DNA from: Chloroflexota bacterium
Lineage (GTDB): Bacteria > Chloroflexota > Dehalococcoidia > UBA2979
Assembly (NCBI GenBank): GCA_027593235.1
Contig: JAQCIU010000007.1
Location: 32,001-96,000 of the forward strand
DNA length: 64,000 nucleotides
Direction: 5' to 3'
The notes beneath the pieces are model-generated. The model was given only the letters and a program-made list of their open reading frames with translations. It did not search any database and was not told the DNA's origin. Both the position numbers and the translations under genes were made by a program. Below, in pieces: positions 47,737 to 58,176 of this stretch (position 1 is its first letter; each line of letters begins with the position of its first letter).

Positions 47737-49154
47737 ATGCGGACAAGGATCGAAGTGACGCAGGCCCCTGAACCCAGCGAAGACATGGCAGTCGAGGTCG
47801 CCGAGGAGCCGGTACGGCCCTCGGATGCGGTCGAGGCGCTCCTCGATGCCGACGACCTTGCGGGCGCAATCGAGTACGCCCGCACACTTCACGGCGCGGA
47901 ACTCGCCGACGTCTTCGAACAGCTCGACGACGACGATCGCGACCAGGTCCTTGGCGCCCTCGATGCCGAAACAACCGCCAGTGCGCTCAGTTATGTCGAG
48001 TCACATTTCCGTGGCGAGCTGCTCCAGAACATGTCCGCGAACCAAATCGCGGAAACGCTGGTCCTGGAAGACGACGACGTCGCCACCGACATCGTCCAGT
48101 CGCTGGCCGCCGATACCGCCGAAGAGGTGCTCGACGCGCTTCCCGACGGGCGCCGCGAGGCGATCGACGCGCTACTGATCCACGAACGAGACACCGCCGG
48201 CGGTCGCATGACCGGCCAGCTCGTCACGCTCGCCCCGGACTCCACGGTCGACGAGGTCCTGGACCAGCTTCGCGGAGCCCCGCTGGACGTCTCACAGCCG
48301 TTCTACCTCTACGTCTGCGACAGCGATCGCACCCTGGTGGGCGTCCTCAACCTGCGAGGCCTGATCGCCGCTTCGCCGCTTCGCCGAGCGCGCGGGCCCG
48401 CGATCTGATGGTCGCCGACCCAATCTCCGTCCCGGCGGACACCGACCAGGAGGAGGCAGCTCGCCTCCTCAAGCAGTACAAGCTGCTCGCGCTGCCCGTC
48501 GTCAATGAACGGAACCACCTACTGGGCGCCCTCACCGCCGACGACCTGATCGACGTGCTCGAGGACGAAGCGACCGAGGACATGTTCCGCATCGTCGGCG
48601 TCAGCGAGGACGAGGACCTCCGGAGCATCTGGCGTTCGGTGCGTCACCGTCTGCCGTGGCTGACCGTGAACCTGGTCACCGTGCTCGCCGCGGGCTGGAT
48701 CGTCTCGCTCTTCGAGGACACGGTGACCCGCGTTGCGGTGCTCGCGGCCTTCCTCCCGGTAATCGGCGGGATGGGCGGCAACGCCGGCATCCAGACCGTC
48801 ACCGTCGTGGTCCGATCGCTCGCCCTCGGACGCCTCGCGATCGGCGACACCGTCGAGGTGATGAAGCGAGAGATGCTCGGCGGGATGATCGTCGGAGTCG
48901 TGACCGGCGGCGCGGTGACGATATTGACCGTGGTCTGGCAAGGGAATCCCTGGCTCGGCGCCATCGTCGGACTCGCGCTGTTCGGAAACGTGGTCGTTGG
49001 GGTCGTCGCCGGCGTGCTGATCCCCATGACGCTGCACCGCCTGGACCAGGACCCGGCGCTCTCCAGCGGGATCTGGCTCACCACTGCCACCGACCTGCTG
49101 GGCTTCCTCGGGTTCCTCGGCCTCGCCGCCTTGCTCGTCGAACGCATCGACTGA
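47737..49154 (+). pseudogene. mgtE: Magnesium transporter MgtE split by a frameshift (47737-48408 and 48408-49154)
   Basis: MgtE-N, TAGGRMT CBS, RLPWL, GGNAGIQ, DPA; extra 8-bp unit at 48365-48386. Confidence 0.9.
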
Positions 49155-49200
49155 TCCGCCGCCGTTCCGAAGGCGAGTGCGCCCACGGCGCGGACGCGAA

Positions 49201-49228
49201 GACGCCCCCGCGTTGCCGCGGGGGCGTC
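49201..49228. terminator. Strong hairpin between convergent mgtE and fliC
   Basis: GACGCCCCCGCG-TTGC-CGCGGGGGCGTC; weak U tract. Confidence 0.55.
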
Positions 49229-49288
49229 CCCAGATACTCCGACCGCCTACCGACGTCGTGGTCGGCGGTCGGATACCTCGAATGTTGC

Positions 49289-50461
49289 TTACTGGAGCAG
49301 CGAGAGCACCGCCTGCGGGGACTGGTTGGCCTGAGCCAACACGGAGACACCCGCCTGCTGCATGATCTGACGCGTCACCAGCTCAGAGGACACCATCGCG
49401 ATGTCCGCGTCACGGATACGTGACTCGGATGCACTCAGGTTCTCGACGGAGACCGCGACCGAGTTGATCGCCGACTCCATCTGGTTCTGAGCCGCACCCA
49501 GCTTCGCGCGCTGGGTGCTGACCTGGCTGATCGCCGTGTCGAGTGCACCGAGCAGAGCGTCCGCCAGCGTCGTGGTCCCGACAGCGGTGTTATCCGCCAC
49601 CAGCGTGGTCAGCGTGGTACCAGTACCACCGAGTGCCGACGCGCGCAGGTCGGAGAATCCGACCGTCACGTTGTCGGTCGTCTCCGAGCCAACACGGAAC
49701 GTCGCGTTGCCCTGACCGGTGGTGACGACGTCGGCACCAACACCGATGTCCAGCACGACCTCGGCCGCGGTGATCGCGCCCGCGCCGGTCTGGGTCACCG
49801 TGAACTTCACGCCCAACGCATCGAAGTTCAACACCTGCGTGTCGCCGATCGAACCGCCCATGGCGGCCGCCGTGATCGTCTGCGCGACGTTCGTGGTGCC
49901 GTTCGTCACCGTCAGGTTGTTGCCAGCGCTGGTCAGCGCGTACGTCACGCCAGCCTCTGCCTTCGAGACGTCGATCGCCGTCGTCGCCGCACCGGTGTCG
50001 GCAATCGCACCACCGGCGGTCGCCGTCGTCACCGACAGCGAACCCGTCAACAGGTTCAGGCCGTTGAAGCGCGAGCGACTGGCAATGTTGTCCAGCTCGT
50101 TTCGCAGCGTCAGCAGCTCTTCGCCGACCGACTCGCGGTCCGAGACCGAGAGGATCGTCGAACCAGCCTGCACCGTCAGCTCACGCATACGCTGCAGGAT
50201 CGCGTGCGTCTCGTTCAACGCACCTTCTGCGGTCTGAATCATCGAAACGCCGTCCTGGGCGTTCCGCAGACCCATCTGCATACCGCGAATCTGTGAGCGC
50301 ATCTTCTCACTGATCGCCAGACCGGCCGCGTCATCCGCTGCTCGGTTGATGCGCAAACCACTGGAGAGCTGTTCCAGCGCCTTGCTCATCTTGCCGCCAG
50401 TCACGTTCAGGTTTCGCTGAGCGTTGATCGCGGCAACGTTCGTGTTGATGAACATTCCCAT
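49289..50461 (-). CDS. fliC: Flagellin
   Basis: INTNVAA, LSSGLRINRAADDAAGLAIS, SRIRDAD, LAQANQ. Confidence 0.98.
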   Translation of the reverse strand: MGMFINTNVAAINAQRNLNVTGGKMSKALEQLSSGLRINRAADDAAGLAISEKMRSQIRGMQMGLRNAQDGVSMIQTAEGALNETHAILQRMRELTVQAGSTILSVSDRESVGEELLTLRNELDNIASRSRFNGLNLLTGSLSVTTATAGGAIADTGAATTAIDVSKAEAGVTYALTSAGNNLTVTNGTTNVAQTITAAAMGGSIGDTQVLNFDALGVKFTVTQTGAGAITAAEVVLDIGVGADVVTTGQGNATFRVGSETTDNVTVGFSDLRASALGGTGTTLTTLVADNTAVGTTTLADALLGALDTAISQVSTQRAKLGAAQNQMESAINSVAVSVENLSASESRIRDADIAMVSSELVTRQIMQQAGVSVLAQANQSPQAVLSLLQ

Positions 50462-50467
50462 GGGTGT

Positions 50468-50502
50468 GGCCTCCTATGCCTTGGGAGCCGGCATCCGTAC
50501 CG
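50468..50502 (-). promoter_or_regulatory. Two CsrA-type GGA hairpins in the fliC leader
   Basis: CGGUA-CGGA-UGCCG and GGC-AUAGGAG-GCC (overlaps SD). Confidence 0.7.
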
Positions 50503-50554
50503 ACTCGCCCCATGTCCCCCCGGCCAGAACACCGACAGGGACTCTCAGCCGAAA

Positions 50555-50581
50555 TCATCGGCGTTGGTCGCCCGTTCCTTA
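50555..50581 (-). promoter_or_regulatory. Sigma28 (FliA/SigD) promoter of fliC
   Basis: TAAG-N15-GCCGATGA versus consensus TAAA-N15-GCCGATAA. Confidence 0.8.
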
Positions 50582-50706
50582 GGGGGTCCACCGGATGCCA
50601 CACCTGACGACTCGGTGATGAGATCGGCTCCCGGCGGGGTGCGCCACCCGCGATGTAGGGGGATTCCCCGAGGTGGAACCAGCGGGAAGCTCCGTAAGTT
50701 CCTCAT

Positions 50707-51699
50707 ATGAAACGACTCGTCGTCTGTGGTTGGGATGAACAAACCGCCGCACTGCTGCGCGCGGTTTCCCTGCGCTCCGACTTGCGCGCTGTCGCCATTG
50801 GCGACGATCGACCTGCCGCGCTCGTGCGCGCGCGCACGGCGACCGGACTGCCCTGCTACCAACATCTCCGCGAGATGCTCCGTAGCGTTGAGTTCGATGT
50901 CCTCCTCGTTGGCGACACCGCGGACCGAGAGGCGCTGATCGAACTCGCCACGGAACAGGGCGCCTCGATCATCCTGCGCGGCGATGCCGCCGATGCCCGC
51001 ACCCTCGGTGCCGCGATCGACGCCGTGCCGCTGGGCGCCGGCGGATTGAACGTGACGCGACCGGACCTCAATCGGGCCGGAATCGATCTCCTCGCAAGTC
51101 TCACTTCCGGCGATCCTGACTGGGCGCCCGATCTCTTGCACATCGAACTGAGTAACCCGAACGGCGTCGAGTCCGCCCTCAACACCGCGGTCGCGCTGCT
51201 GGCCCGCCTGCAGCCGGAAACCGCCACCCAGACCGCCGCCGCCGCACTGCGCGGACACACGGACATGGTGCTGAGCGCCAGCGTCCAGGTCCGTCACGAG
51301 GACAGCGCGGTCACGATGTTGACCGTCCAGGGTCATCAGGCCGACCGCTGGCGGATCGCCGTCCAGTCCCCCGCCGGACGCGCGGAACTGCTGAGCGAGA
51401 ACGGCGAATCGACCCTCACCCTCGAGCCGATCGATGGCGGCGCGGATCGCTCGGAGCTCGTCTATGACGATCTCGTCGATCTCGAGGCGGTGCGCATCGC
51501 CAACCCGGCCAGCCGCCGCCACGACGAGCGCTTCGCCCCAATCGAGGCCGCGATCCTGACCTCGATCGAGGCATCGCTGAACACCGGCTTCGTCACACCC
51601 GTCCGCGATCCCGGAGCGCGCGGCAACCTGCGCGTCCTCGAGGGCGGGCAGGCCACCACCTCCCGACGCCAGGGGCATCTCCGCATCCTCGGCGGCTAG
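50707..51699 (+). CDS. Divergent Gfo/Idh/MocA-like protein
   Basis: Rossmann-like N-terminus (LVVCGW...YQHLREML...DVLLV) without GxG or EKP motif. Confidence 0.55.
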   Translation: MKRLVVCGWDEQTAALLRAVSLRSDLRAVAIGDDRPAALVRARTATGLPCYQHLREMLRSVEFDVLLVGDTADREALIELATEQGASIILRGDAADARTLGAAIDAVPLGAGGLNVTRPDLNRAGIDLLASLTSGDPDWAPDLLHIELSNPNGVESALNTAVALLARLQPETATQTAAAALRGHTDMVLSASVQVRHEDSAVTMLTVQGHQADRWRIAVQSPAGRAELLSENGESTLTLEPIDGGADRSELVYDDLVDLEAVRIANPASRRHDERFAPIEAAILTSIEASLNTGFVTPVRDPGARGNLRVLEGGQATTSRRQGHLRILGG

Positions 51700-51816
51700 C
51701 GCCCCGACACCCCACACCCAGCAGCCTCACCGCGCGGCAGTCGAGGGGTTCGACCACCCGTTTCTCGGGCGGACTCCGATGCGATCCCAGACCCAATACC
51801 TCCCTACTGGAGGCGT

Positions 51817-53973
51817 TTGGTTCCGGGAGGATTCGTGGACCGACTACCGCTGTTCCCGCGCGCAAGCGCGCGTATCGCCCTCGCCGCCGCGCTTGCCGCG
51901 CTCGCGCTGGCCCTCGTGCTCTCCGCGGACGGTCGCACCCAGACCACCAGCGCCGCCACCGCGGTCAGCGGCCGGCTCACCGTGCCCCGCCCGCAGGGGA
52001 TGACCGTTGGCTACGCCGGCACCGGCGACCCCGCGCTCTTCGCGCAGGCACAGTCCTTCCAGGTCGCGTCGGTCTCCATGTTCCACATCCCCTCGCAGAC
52101 GTGGAGCTCATACGTCCCCGGCGCGCCGGCGTTCGCCAACAGCCTTACCACCCTCAACCTCCGCTCCGACAGCATCGTCTTCGCGAAGCGAACCGAGTCG
52201 ACGAAGCTGGTCGCGGCGCCCGTCCCGCTGGCCGGCCCGCCATTCGTCGAGATCATCGATCAGCCACAACGCTTCGAGGTGCCGCCGGCCAACGGGCTGA
52301 CGATCGGCGTCAGCGGCACCAACATCCCGGAAGCGCTGATCGCCTCCCAGTTCTTCAACACCTCGACGATGAACGTCTGGAGCATCAGCCGGCAGCGGTA
52401 CCTCACGTACATCCCGGGGGCGCCGGCGGCGGTCAACACGCTATCGGCGTCCACGTTGCGTGCGACCGACGTCGTCTGGCTGAAGGCGCTGGGCGGTGCG
52501 ACCGGCGGCGTGGTCCTAGAGGACACCCCGTTCATTGCGCGCCTCGTTCCTCCCGGCCAGGCCGGCACGCTGGTCGGCGTCGGGGCACCGGAGCACGGGA
52601 AGCTGATCGAGAACGGCGACGGCAGCGTCACCTACGTCCCAGAGAAGAACTACAGCGGTCCGGACAGCTTCACCTACACCGTCATGACCCCCAACGGTCC
52701 CGAGGTCCGCACGTTCCGTATTGAGGTCACCTCCGAGAACGACGCGCCGATCGCGGTCGACGACGTGGCGGTTGCGTCAGGCGGCCTCCCCACCGTCATC
52801 GCCGTCCTCGACAACGACAAGGATCCCGACAACGACCCGATCAAGATCCTGCGCACGACCCAGCCCGCGCATGGCATCGTCGCCGTTTCCGGCAACGCCG
52901 TGATCTACACACCTGAGCCGAAGTTCACCGGCACCGATGTCTTCGAGTACGAGATCACCGACGGCATCGCCGAACCCGGGAACAAGGACTCGATCGCGAC
53001 CGTCTTCGTCGCTGTCGGTGGGGCCGCCCTCGCTGGTCCGCCGCCCGCCGGCGGCGGTGGTGGCGGCGGTGGTGGCGGCGGTGGCGGCGGTGGCGTCACC
53101 CCACCCCCCGGCGGTGATGTTGGCGAGGGCGGCGTCCCGCCGTTCCTCACCGACGACAGCGCTTCGCTCGAAGTCTGTGACACGCCGCCCGTGATCAACG
53201 TGCTCGCCAACGACGCGGGTGACGGCGTGACGGTCCTTGTCGTCACCGCCGTATCCACGCCGACGCTCGGTACAGCCGCCAACAACGGCGACGGTACCGT
53301 CACCTACACCCCGCCCGTCGCCTGCGAGGGCACCGACACATTCACCTACACCGTCCCAGACGGCGACGGCGTGGATCAGACCGCCACCGTCACGGTTTCG
53401 ATGGGCACCGCCGCAGGCGGTGGCACAGGCGGCGGCGGTACCAACCAGCTACCGCTGGCCGTCAATGACACCGTCAGCGCGTTCGCGAACGACCCGGCCG
53501 TGATCAGCGTGCTCGCCAACGACAGCGATCCGGACGGTGACCCGCTCACGGTCTCCGCGATCACACAGCCCAGCGGCGGGTCGGTCGTCAACAACGGCAA
53601 CGGCACGGTCACCTACACCGCGAACAACTTCGTCGGTCAGACCTCGTTCACGTACACGGCCTCGGACGGCAACGGCGGCGAGGCGATCGCAACCGTCTCG
53701 GTCACCGTCGAGAGCGCTCCGGTCTCTCCGGTTGGGCCGGTGCTCGTCAGTTCCGGCGGGCAGGTCACCATCCAGGTGATCACACCCAGCAGCTTCGTCC
53801 GGCTGGGCAGCGTGACCAACGGAAGCCACGGCAGCACGACGATGAACGCGGCCGCCGGCACGGTCACCTACAAGTCGCAGGCCGGGTACATCGGTGATGA
53901 CTGGATTACCTGGACGCTGATCTTCAACCACGGCGGCACGGCGCAAACGACGCTTCGCCTGAAGATGCAGTAG
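51817..53973 (+). CDS. Secreted adhesin-like protein with Ig/cadherin-like (Big_9-type) repeats and poly-Gly linker
   Basis: Signal peptide; repeated VLAND.D.DGD, NGDGTVTYTP, DTFTYTV. Confidence 0.85.
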   Translation: MVPGGFVDRLPLFPRASARIALAAALAALALALVLSADGRTQTTSAATAVSGRLTVPRPQGMTVGYAGTGDPALFAQAQSFQVASVSMFHIPSQTWSSYVPGAPAFANSLTTLNLRSDSIVFAKRTESTKLVAAPVPLAGPPFVEIIDQPQRFEVPPANGLTIGVSGTNIPEALIASQFFNTSTMNVWSISRQRYLTYIPGAPAAVNTLSASTLRATDVVWLKALGGATGGVVLEDTPFIARLVPPGQAGTLVGVGAPEHGKLIENGDGSVTYVPEKNYSGPDSFTYTVMTPNGPEVRTFRIEVTSENDAPIAVDDVAVASGGLPTVIAVLDNDKDPDNDPIKILRTTQPAHGIVAVSGNAVIYTPEPKFTGTDVFEYEITDGIAEPGNKDSIATVFVAVGGAALAGPPPAGGGGGGGGGGGGGGGVTPPPGGDVGEGGVPPFLTDDSASLEVCDTPPVINVLANDAGDGVTVLVVTAVSTPTLGTAANNGDGTVTYTPPVACEGTDTFTYTVPDGDGVDQTATVTVSMGTAAGGGTGGGGTNQLPLAVNDTVSAFANDPAVISVLANDSDPDGDPLTVSAITQPSGGSVVNNGNGTVTYTANNFVGQTSFTYTASDGNGGEAIATVSVTVESAPVSPVGPVLVSSGGQVTIQVITPSSFVRLGSVTNGSHGSTTMNAAAGTVTYKSQAGYIGDDWITWTLIFNHGGTAQTTLRLKMQ

Positions 53974-53982
53974 CGCCGCGGT

Positions 53983-54312
53983 CTACATCCGCTCGGAGCG
54001 TTCCAGTCCCAGCACGAACGCGACCGCGCCACCGGTGCGGACGTCCAGCATGTCCGCCTGCTGGCCCGACTCGTCGGCCAGCGGCAAGGAACTCCGCGAT
54101 ACCGGTTCGGTCATCGCCGGGAAGTGTTCGTGCAGCAGCGCCATCAGATCCGCGACTTGATCATCTTCGACGGCCACGAAGGCCGTGACGTTGCCACGCC
54201 GCAGGAAGCCGCCGCTTGAACCGACCTTCGTCGCGCCAAATTGCGCCTCGGCCAACCGATCGAGGAGTCGGTCTCCGTCGGCACCCGGCACGATCACGAC
54301 ACAGAGCTTCAT
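53983..54312 (-). CDS. PII-like c-di-AMP receptor (DarA/PstA family)
   Basis: ATKVGSSGGFLRRGNVT, GGAVAFV. Confidence 0.85.
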   Translation of the reverse strand: MKLCVVIVPGADGDRLLDRLAEAQFGATKVGSSGGFLRRGNVTAFVAVEDDQVADLMALLHEHFPAMTEPVSRSSLPLADESGQQADMLDVRTGGAVAFVLGLERSERM

Positions 54313-54403
54313 CCGCGGTTGCTCCCGCTGCGGCTCATCACCGCCGCCAGACTATCCGACCGAGGCAGGATGCGCCGTCCTCGGCATCCGGAGCACGCGC
54401 GGA

Positions 54404-55516
54404 CTACGCGCGATTCCCCGCGACCGCTTCCAGTACCGACAACACCTCGGAGGCGCGGGCGTCCCAGGTATTGGCCTCCAGCCACGCCCGGCGCTCGACG
54501 CTGTCGACCGCCGGCTCGCCGCCCAGTGCGGCATCCAGTGCGGCCAGCGCCGACGTCGCGTCACCAAACGGCACGACGTGCGGTGCGAACCACTTCGCCT
54601 CGTGGATCGCCGTCGTGAGGATCAGGCGATTCGTCGCCAGGTACTCGCAGAGGCGCAGCGGGAAACGTCGGTCGTTGTGCTCATTGATCGTCAGCGGATT
54701 CAGCAGCACGTCGCTCGCATTGAGGTAAGACGGCAGATCAGTTCGCGGCTTCGAGCCCAGCCAGTAGACGTTCTCCCGCGCGAACACCGCATCGATGCGC
54801 GCGCGGAGCGCAACCTCGGGCTCGCGGTTCGGACCGATGAAGACGAACGACACTTCCGGCCGCGCCTCCGCCAGCCGTTCGATCAGCGCCCAGTCGTACG
54901 TCCCGTTGATCATCCCGACGACCGCCACCCGAGGGCGCGCGATCGTCGCCAGATCCAGCGGCACCGGGAGCTGGCCGCGCGCCAGCTCCGCGAAACGGCC
55001 GCTGACGCCGTTCGGCAGCCGTGTCACCGCTTCCGCGCCCGCCGACTCGAACTCCTCGGCCAGCAACTCCGACACCGGGAATGACGCCCGCGCTCGTGCC
55101 AGCAGGGCGCGCTCCAGCCGCGCCGTGCGCGCCACCGGCCACGCATAGAAGCGGTAGGCATCCGTCGCCACGTAGGCAAGCGGAGCATCGATCGCGCTTG
55201 CGAACGGTTCGAGGTACGGCGAGTCGACCAGCACGAAGTCTGGCCGCCCAAACCTCCGCACCGCCGATCGGTAGGACCGTTCCAGCCACCAGCGCGAGAC
55301 CCCGGGGAACCGCCGGAGACCGGGCACGGCCACCACCGTCTGGTGATCCGCGTCCGCGACGTCCGCCCAGTAGAAGCCGCCGCGATCTTCGCGCTGCTGC
55401 TTGAGGTGCCAGAGCGGGCTCACCACCCGAAAGGCGTGCACCTCGACCTGCCGCGACAGCGCGTTGAGCAGCGCCGCGACGCTCTCCGGGTTCTCGTGAT
55501 ACGCGAACAACCGCAT
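54404..55516 (-). CDS. GT4-like glycosyltransferase
   Basis: LPNGV, YDWALI, FPLRLCEYLA. Confidence 0.8.
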   Translation of the reverse strand: MRLFAYHENPESVAALLNALSRQVEVHAFRVVSPLWHLKQQREDRGGFYWADVADADHQTVVAVPGLRRFPGVSRWWLERSYRSAVRRFGRPDFVLVDSPYLEPFASAIDAPLAYVATDAYRFYAWPVARTARLERALLARARASFPVSELLAEEFESAGAEAVTRLPNGVSGRFAELARGQLPVPLDLATIARPRVAVVGMINGTYDWALIERLAEARPEVSFVFIGPNREPEVALRARIDAVFARENVYWLGSKPRTDLPSYLNASDVLLNPLTINEHNDRRFPLRLCEYLATNRLILTTAIHEAKWFAPHVVPFGDATSALAALDAALGGEPAVDSVERRAWLEANTWDARASEVLSVLEAVAGNRA

Positions 55517-55563
55517 CGTTCCGCTGGTTCCCTGCTCTGCCGCGACGACCGCGTCTGCTCGCG

Positions 55564-56799
55564 TTATCCCCGGAAGTCCCGGACCGCGTCCGCATAGGCC
55601 TGGACAAGTTGATCGTTCAGCCGCTCGATGTCGAACCGATCCTCCACCAGCGCGCGCCCATGCGCACCCAGGCGGGCCCGCAGGCCCGGATCGGCCGCGC
55701 ACTCCGTCAGCCGCGCCCCCAGCGCCGCCACATCTCCCGGCTCCACCAGGTACCCGCTCTCACCGTCGTCGACGCCCTCGGGGATGCCGCCGATTCGCGT
55801 GGTCAGGACCGGCACGCCCATCGCCTGCGCCTCCTGGAGCACGAGGCCCTGCGCTTCCTCAGAGCCGTCCGCTGCGCGGATGCTGGGCAGCACGAACAGA
55901 TCGCTCTCCGCGTAGGCCGCGCGCACCTCCGCCTCGGAGGCCGCTCCGGTCAGCGAGACCACGTCCTCCAGGCCGGCCGCCGCCACCTGTGCGCGTAACT
56001 CGCCCTCGAGGGGACCGCCGCCGATGATCCGGTAACGCAGCGATGCCCCCGCAGCGACCGCCTGTGCCACCGCGGCAATCGAGTCCGCCACACCCTTCTC
56101 CGGCACCAGCCGCGCCACGGTCAGCACCCGCATCGGCCCCTCGGCGGCGGGATGCGCCAGCTCTGATTGCGGCGGCAACTCCACGCCCATGCGCACGATC
56201 CGCAGCCGATCCTCGGGACAGCCAAGCGCCACGGCCTTCTTCGCCAGGAATGCGGAGTTCGAGGTGAACACGTCGCAGTCCGCAAACAACCGGTCGTAGC
56301 CGCGGGCCCCCGGCCCGCCGGGCAGCACGTTGATGCCGTGGCCGTGGAACGTCGTGACGATCGGCGCGTTGAAGCACCCTGCGGCGCGAAGATCGGTCGC
56401 GATCACGCCGTTTGGCCCGAAGTGCGCGTGCACCACGTCGAATTTGCCCGCCCGCGCCCATCCGGTCGCCGCGAAGGGCAGTCGCAGGTTCAGCACCTCG
56501 CGCCCCCGGCGCAGCGGGTTCAGCGTGCGCGCCATCGAGAGCATCCCACGCGGCGGCTCACGACGCGCCGCGCCGAGCACCGCGCGTACGCGCGCCGGCT
56601 TCGAGCGCGGCGGCGCTGGCCGGAACACGGTCCGCTGCAACAGGCCGAACTGTTCAATCCGTTCATGCCGCGCCGGATTCCCCGAGGGCTCGCCGAAGAT
56701 CGTCACCTCGTGGCCGCGATCCAGCAGTCCGCAGATCTGGCGAACGATGAACAACTCGGAGATCACCGGGAACTCCGTGACCAGGAATGCGATGCGCAT
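55564..56799 (-). CDS. GT4 glycosyltransferase (WcaL-like)
   Basis: FPVISELFI, HAHFG, RLVPEKG, EAQGLVLQEA. Confidence 0.9.
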   Translation of the reverse strand: MRIAFLVTEFPVISELFIVRQICGLLDRGHEVTIFGEPSGNPARHERIEQFGLLQRTVFRPAPPRSKPARVRAVLGAARREPPRGMLSMARTLNPLRRGREVLNLRLPFAATGWARAGKFDVVHAHFGPNGVIATDLRAAGCFNAPIVTTFHGHGINVLPGGPGARGYDRLFADCDVFTSNSAFLAKKAVALGCPEDRLRIVRMGVELPPQSELAHPAAEGPMRVLTVARLVPEKGVADSIAAVAQAVAAGASLRYRIIGGGPLEGELRAQVAAAGLEDVVSLTGAASEAEVRAAYAESDLFVLPSIRAADGSEEAQGLVLQEAQAMGVPVLTTRIGGIPEGVDDGESGYLVEPGDVAALGARLTECAADPGLRARLGAHGRALVEDRFDIERLNDQLVQAYADAVRDFRG

Positions 56800-56943
56800 C
56801 GGTGCTTGCCTTCACTGCGCGCGGCCGATCCTCGCCGTGCGTTCCGAGACGAGGTGGCCGTCCGCGGACCCCGGCGGGTACGTCTCAGCTCGCGCGACGT
56901 TGCTACTGTAGGAAACCACGGATTCACAAGGACTAAGAGCTTC

Positions 56944-57717
56944 TTGATACGTCGGCTGCTGCGCTCCCTCCGTCCCCGCGCCGCCCGGTACTTCCGACGG
57001 CGCGTCTTTGCACGAGGTATCGACGAGACCGCGCGCACCACCGGGGCGCGCGCACTCATCCTCGCGCCCCACGCGGACGACGAAGCGATCGGCTTCGGCG
57101 CGCTGATCGCCCGCAAGGCCGCCGCCGGTACCGAGGTGCTGATCGTCATCGCGACCGACGGTCGCCACTCCGAGCGTGAAGCGGAGATCGGCGCCGACGA
57201 ACTCGCCCGCGTGCGGCACGCCGAAGCCCTCGAGGCCGCCGCCGCCGTCGGCCTCCCACCGACCGCGGTACGCTTCCTGGACTTCGAAGACGGCACGCTC
57301 GAGCAAAACCGCGCGCCACTCCTCGAAGCGATCCGCGCCATCGCAGCGGAGCTGCGACCGGACGAGATCTTCGCGCCGAACCCGGACGAGCACCCGGACC
57401 ACCGCGTGCTCGGACAGGTCGCGCAGGCGGCCTTCGCCACCTCGAACGACGCGCGACTCTACGAGTACCCGGTGCGCTACTGGGGCCGCGTGCCATGGGT
57501 GGTCCCCGCGACGACGAAGCTCGATGCGATCCGGCGGTTGATCCTGGATCCGATCACGGAGTGGCGCCGGCGCCCGGCAATGCTCGTCGAAACCGGTGAG
57601 TTCCTACCGCAGAAGCACGCCGCCCTCGCCGCTTACTCGGGGGAGATGGCCAGCGTCGGCTACTTCGTCTTCCAGTTCGCGGACGCGAACTACGAAGCGT
57701 TCTTTCCGCTCAACTGA
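56944..57717 (+). CDS. PIG-L-family deacetylase
   Basis: APHADDE, HPDH; start uncertain (TTG 56944). Confidence 0.85.
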   Translation: MIRRLLRSLRPRAARYFRRRVFARGIDETARTTGARALILAPHADDEAIGFGALIARKAAAGTEVLIVIATDGRHSEREAEIGADELARVRHAEALEAAAAVGLPPTAVRFLDFEDGTLEQNRAPLLEAIRAIAAELRPDEIFAPNPDEHPDHRVLGQVAQAAFATSNDARLYEYPVRYWGRVPWVVPATTKLDAIRRLILDPITEWRRRPAMLVETGEFLPQKHAALAAYSGEMASVGYFVFQFADANYEAFFPLN

Positions 57718-57803
57718 GCGGCGTCGGATCCGGCGTCGAACCCCAGCTCACGACGTGCCGCGGTCATCGAGGTCGCCGCGTGACCAGTCAGCGGGCCCGG
57801 CTG

Positions 57804-58127
57804 CTATGGCGTGACCATCAACAGCATCTTGAAGTTCTCACGCGCATCGACCGCGTGCGGGATGGTCGCGGGCAGAACGATCGCTTCGCCAGCACGAACC
57901 ACCGATGGCTTGCCATCGATCGTCACATCCGCCTGCCCGTCGAGCACGTAGAGCAGGGCATCGGCCGGCGTCGCATGTGCGCTCAAGCCTTCCCCCGCCG
58001 AGAACGCGAACAGCGTCAGGCTGGCGCCGTCGCCCTGGTTCAGCGTGCGACTCACGACCTGCCCCGGCTGGTAGTCCACCAGGGCAGCAAGGTTCACGAC
58101 TTCGGCCATTGGCAGGTTCTTGATCAC
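57804..58127 (-). CDS. Cupin-domain protein
   Basis: VVSRTL, FAFSAGEGLSAH, PHAV, FKMLL. Confidence 0.88.
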   Translation of the reverse strand: MIKNLPMAEVVNLAALVDYQPGQVVSRTLNQGDGASLTLFAFSAGEGLSAHATPADALLYVLDGQADVTIDGKPSVVRAGEAIVLPATIPHAVDARENFKMLLMVTP

Positions 58128-58176
58128 CTTGTTACTCCTCCGACTGCACTCGACTCGCGACCGAACGCGCGCGCCC

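Noticed and set aside
48406-48408. TGA in mgtE as selenocysteine
   Set aside because: Homology continues in a different frame, the position is not a Cys site, and an 8-bp duplication explains it.
53050-53094. GGC/GGT repeat as a phase-variation tract
   Set aside because: It is an in-frame triplet repeat encoding a poly-Gly linker, so slippage would not switch the frame.
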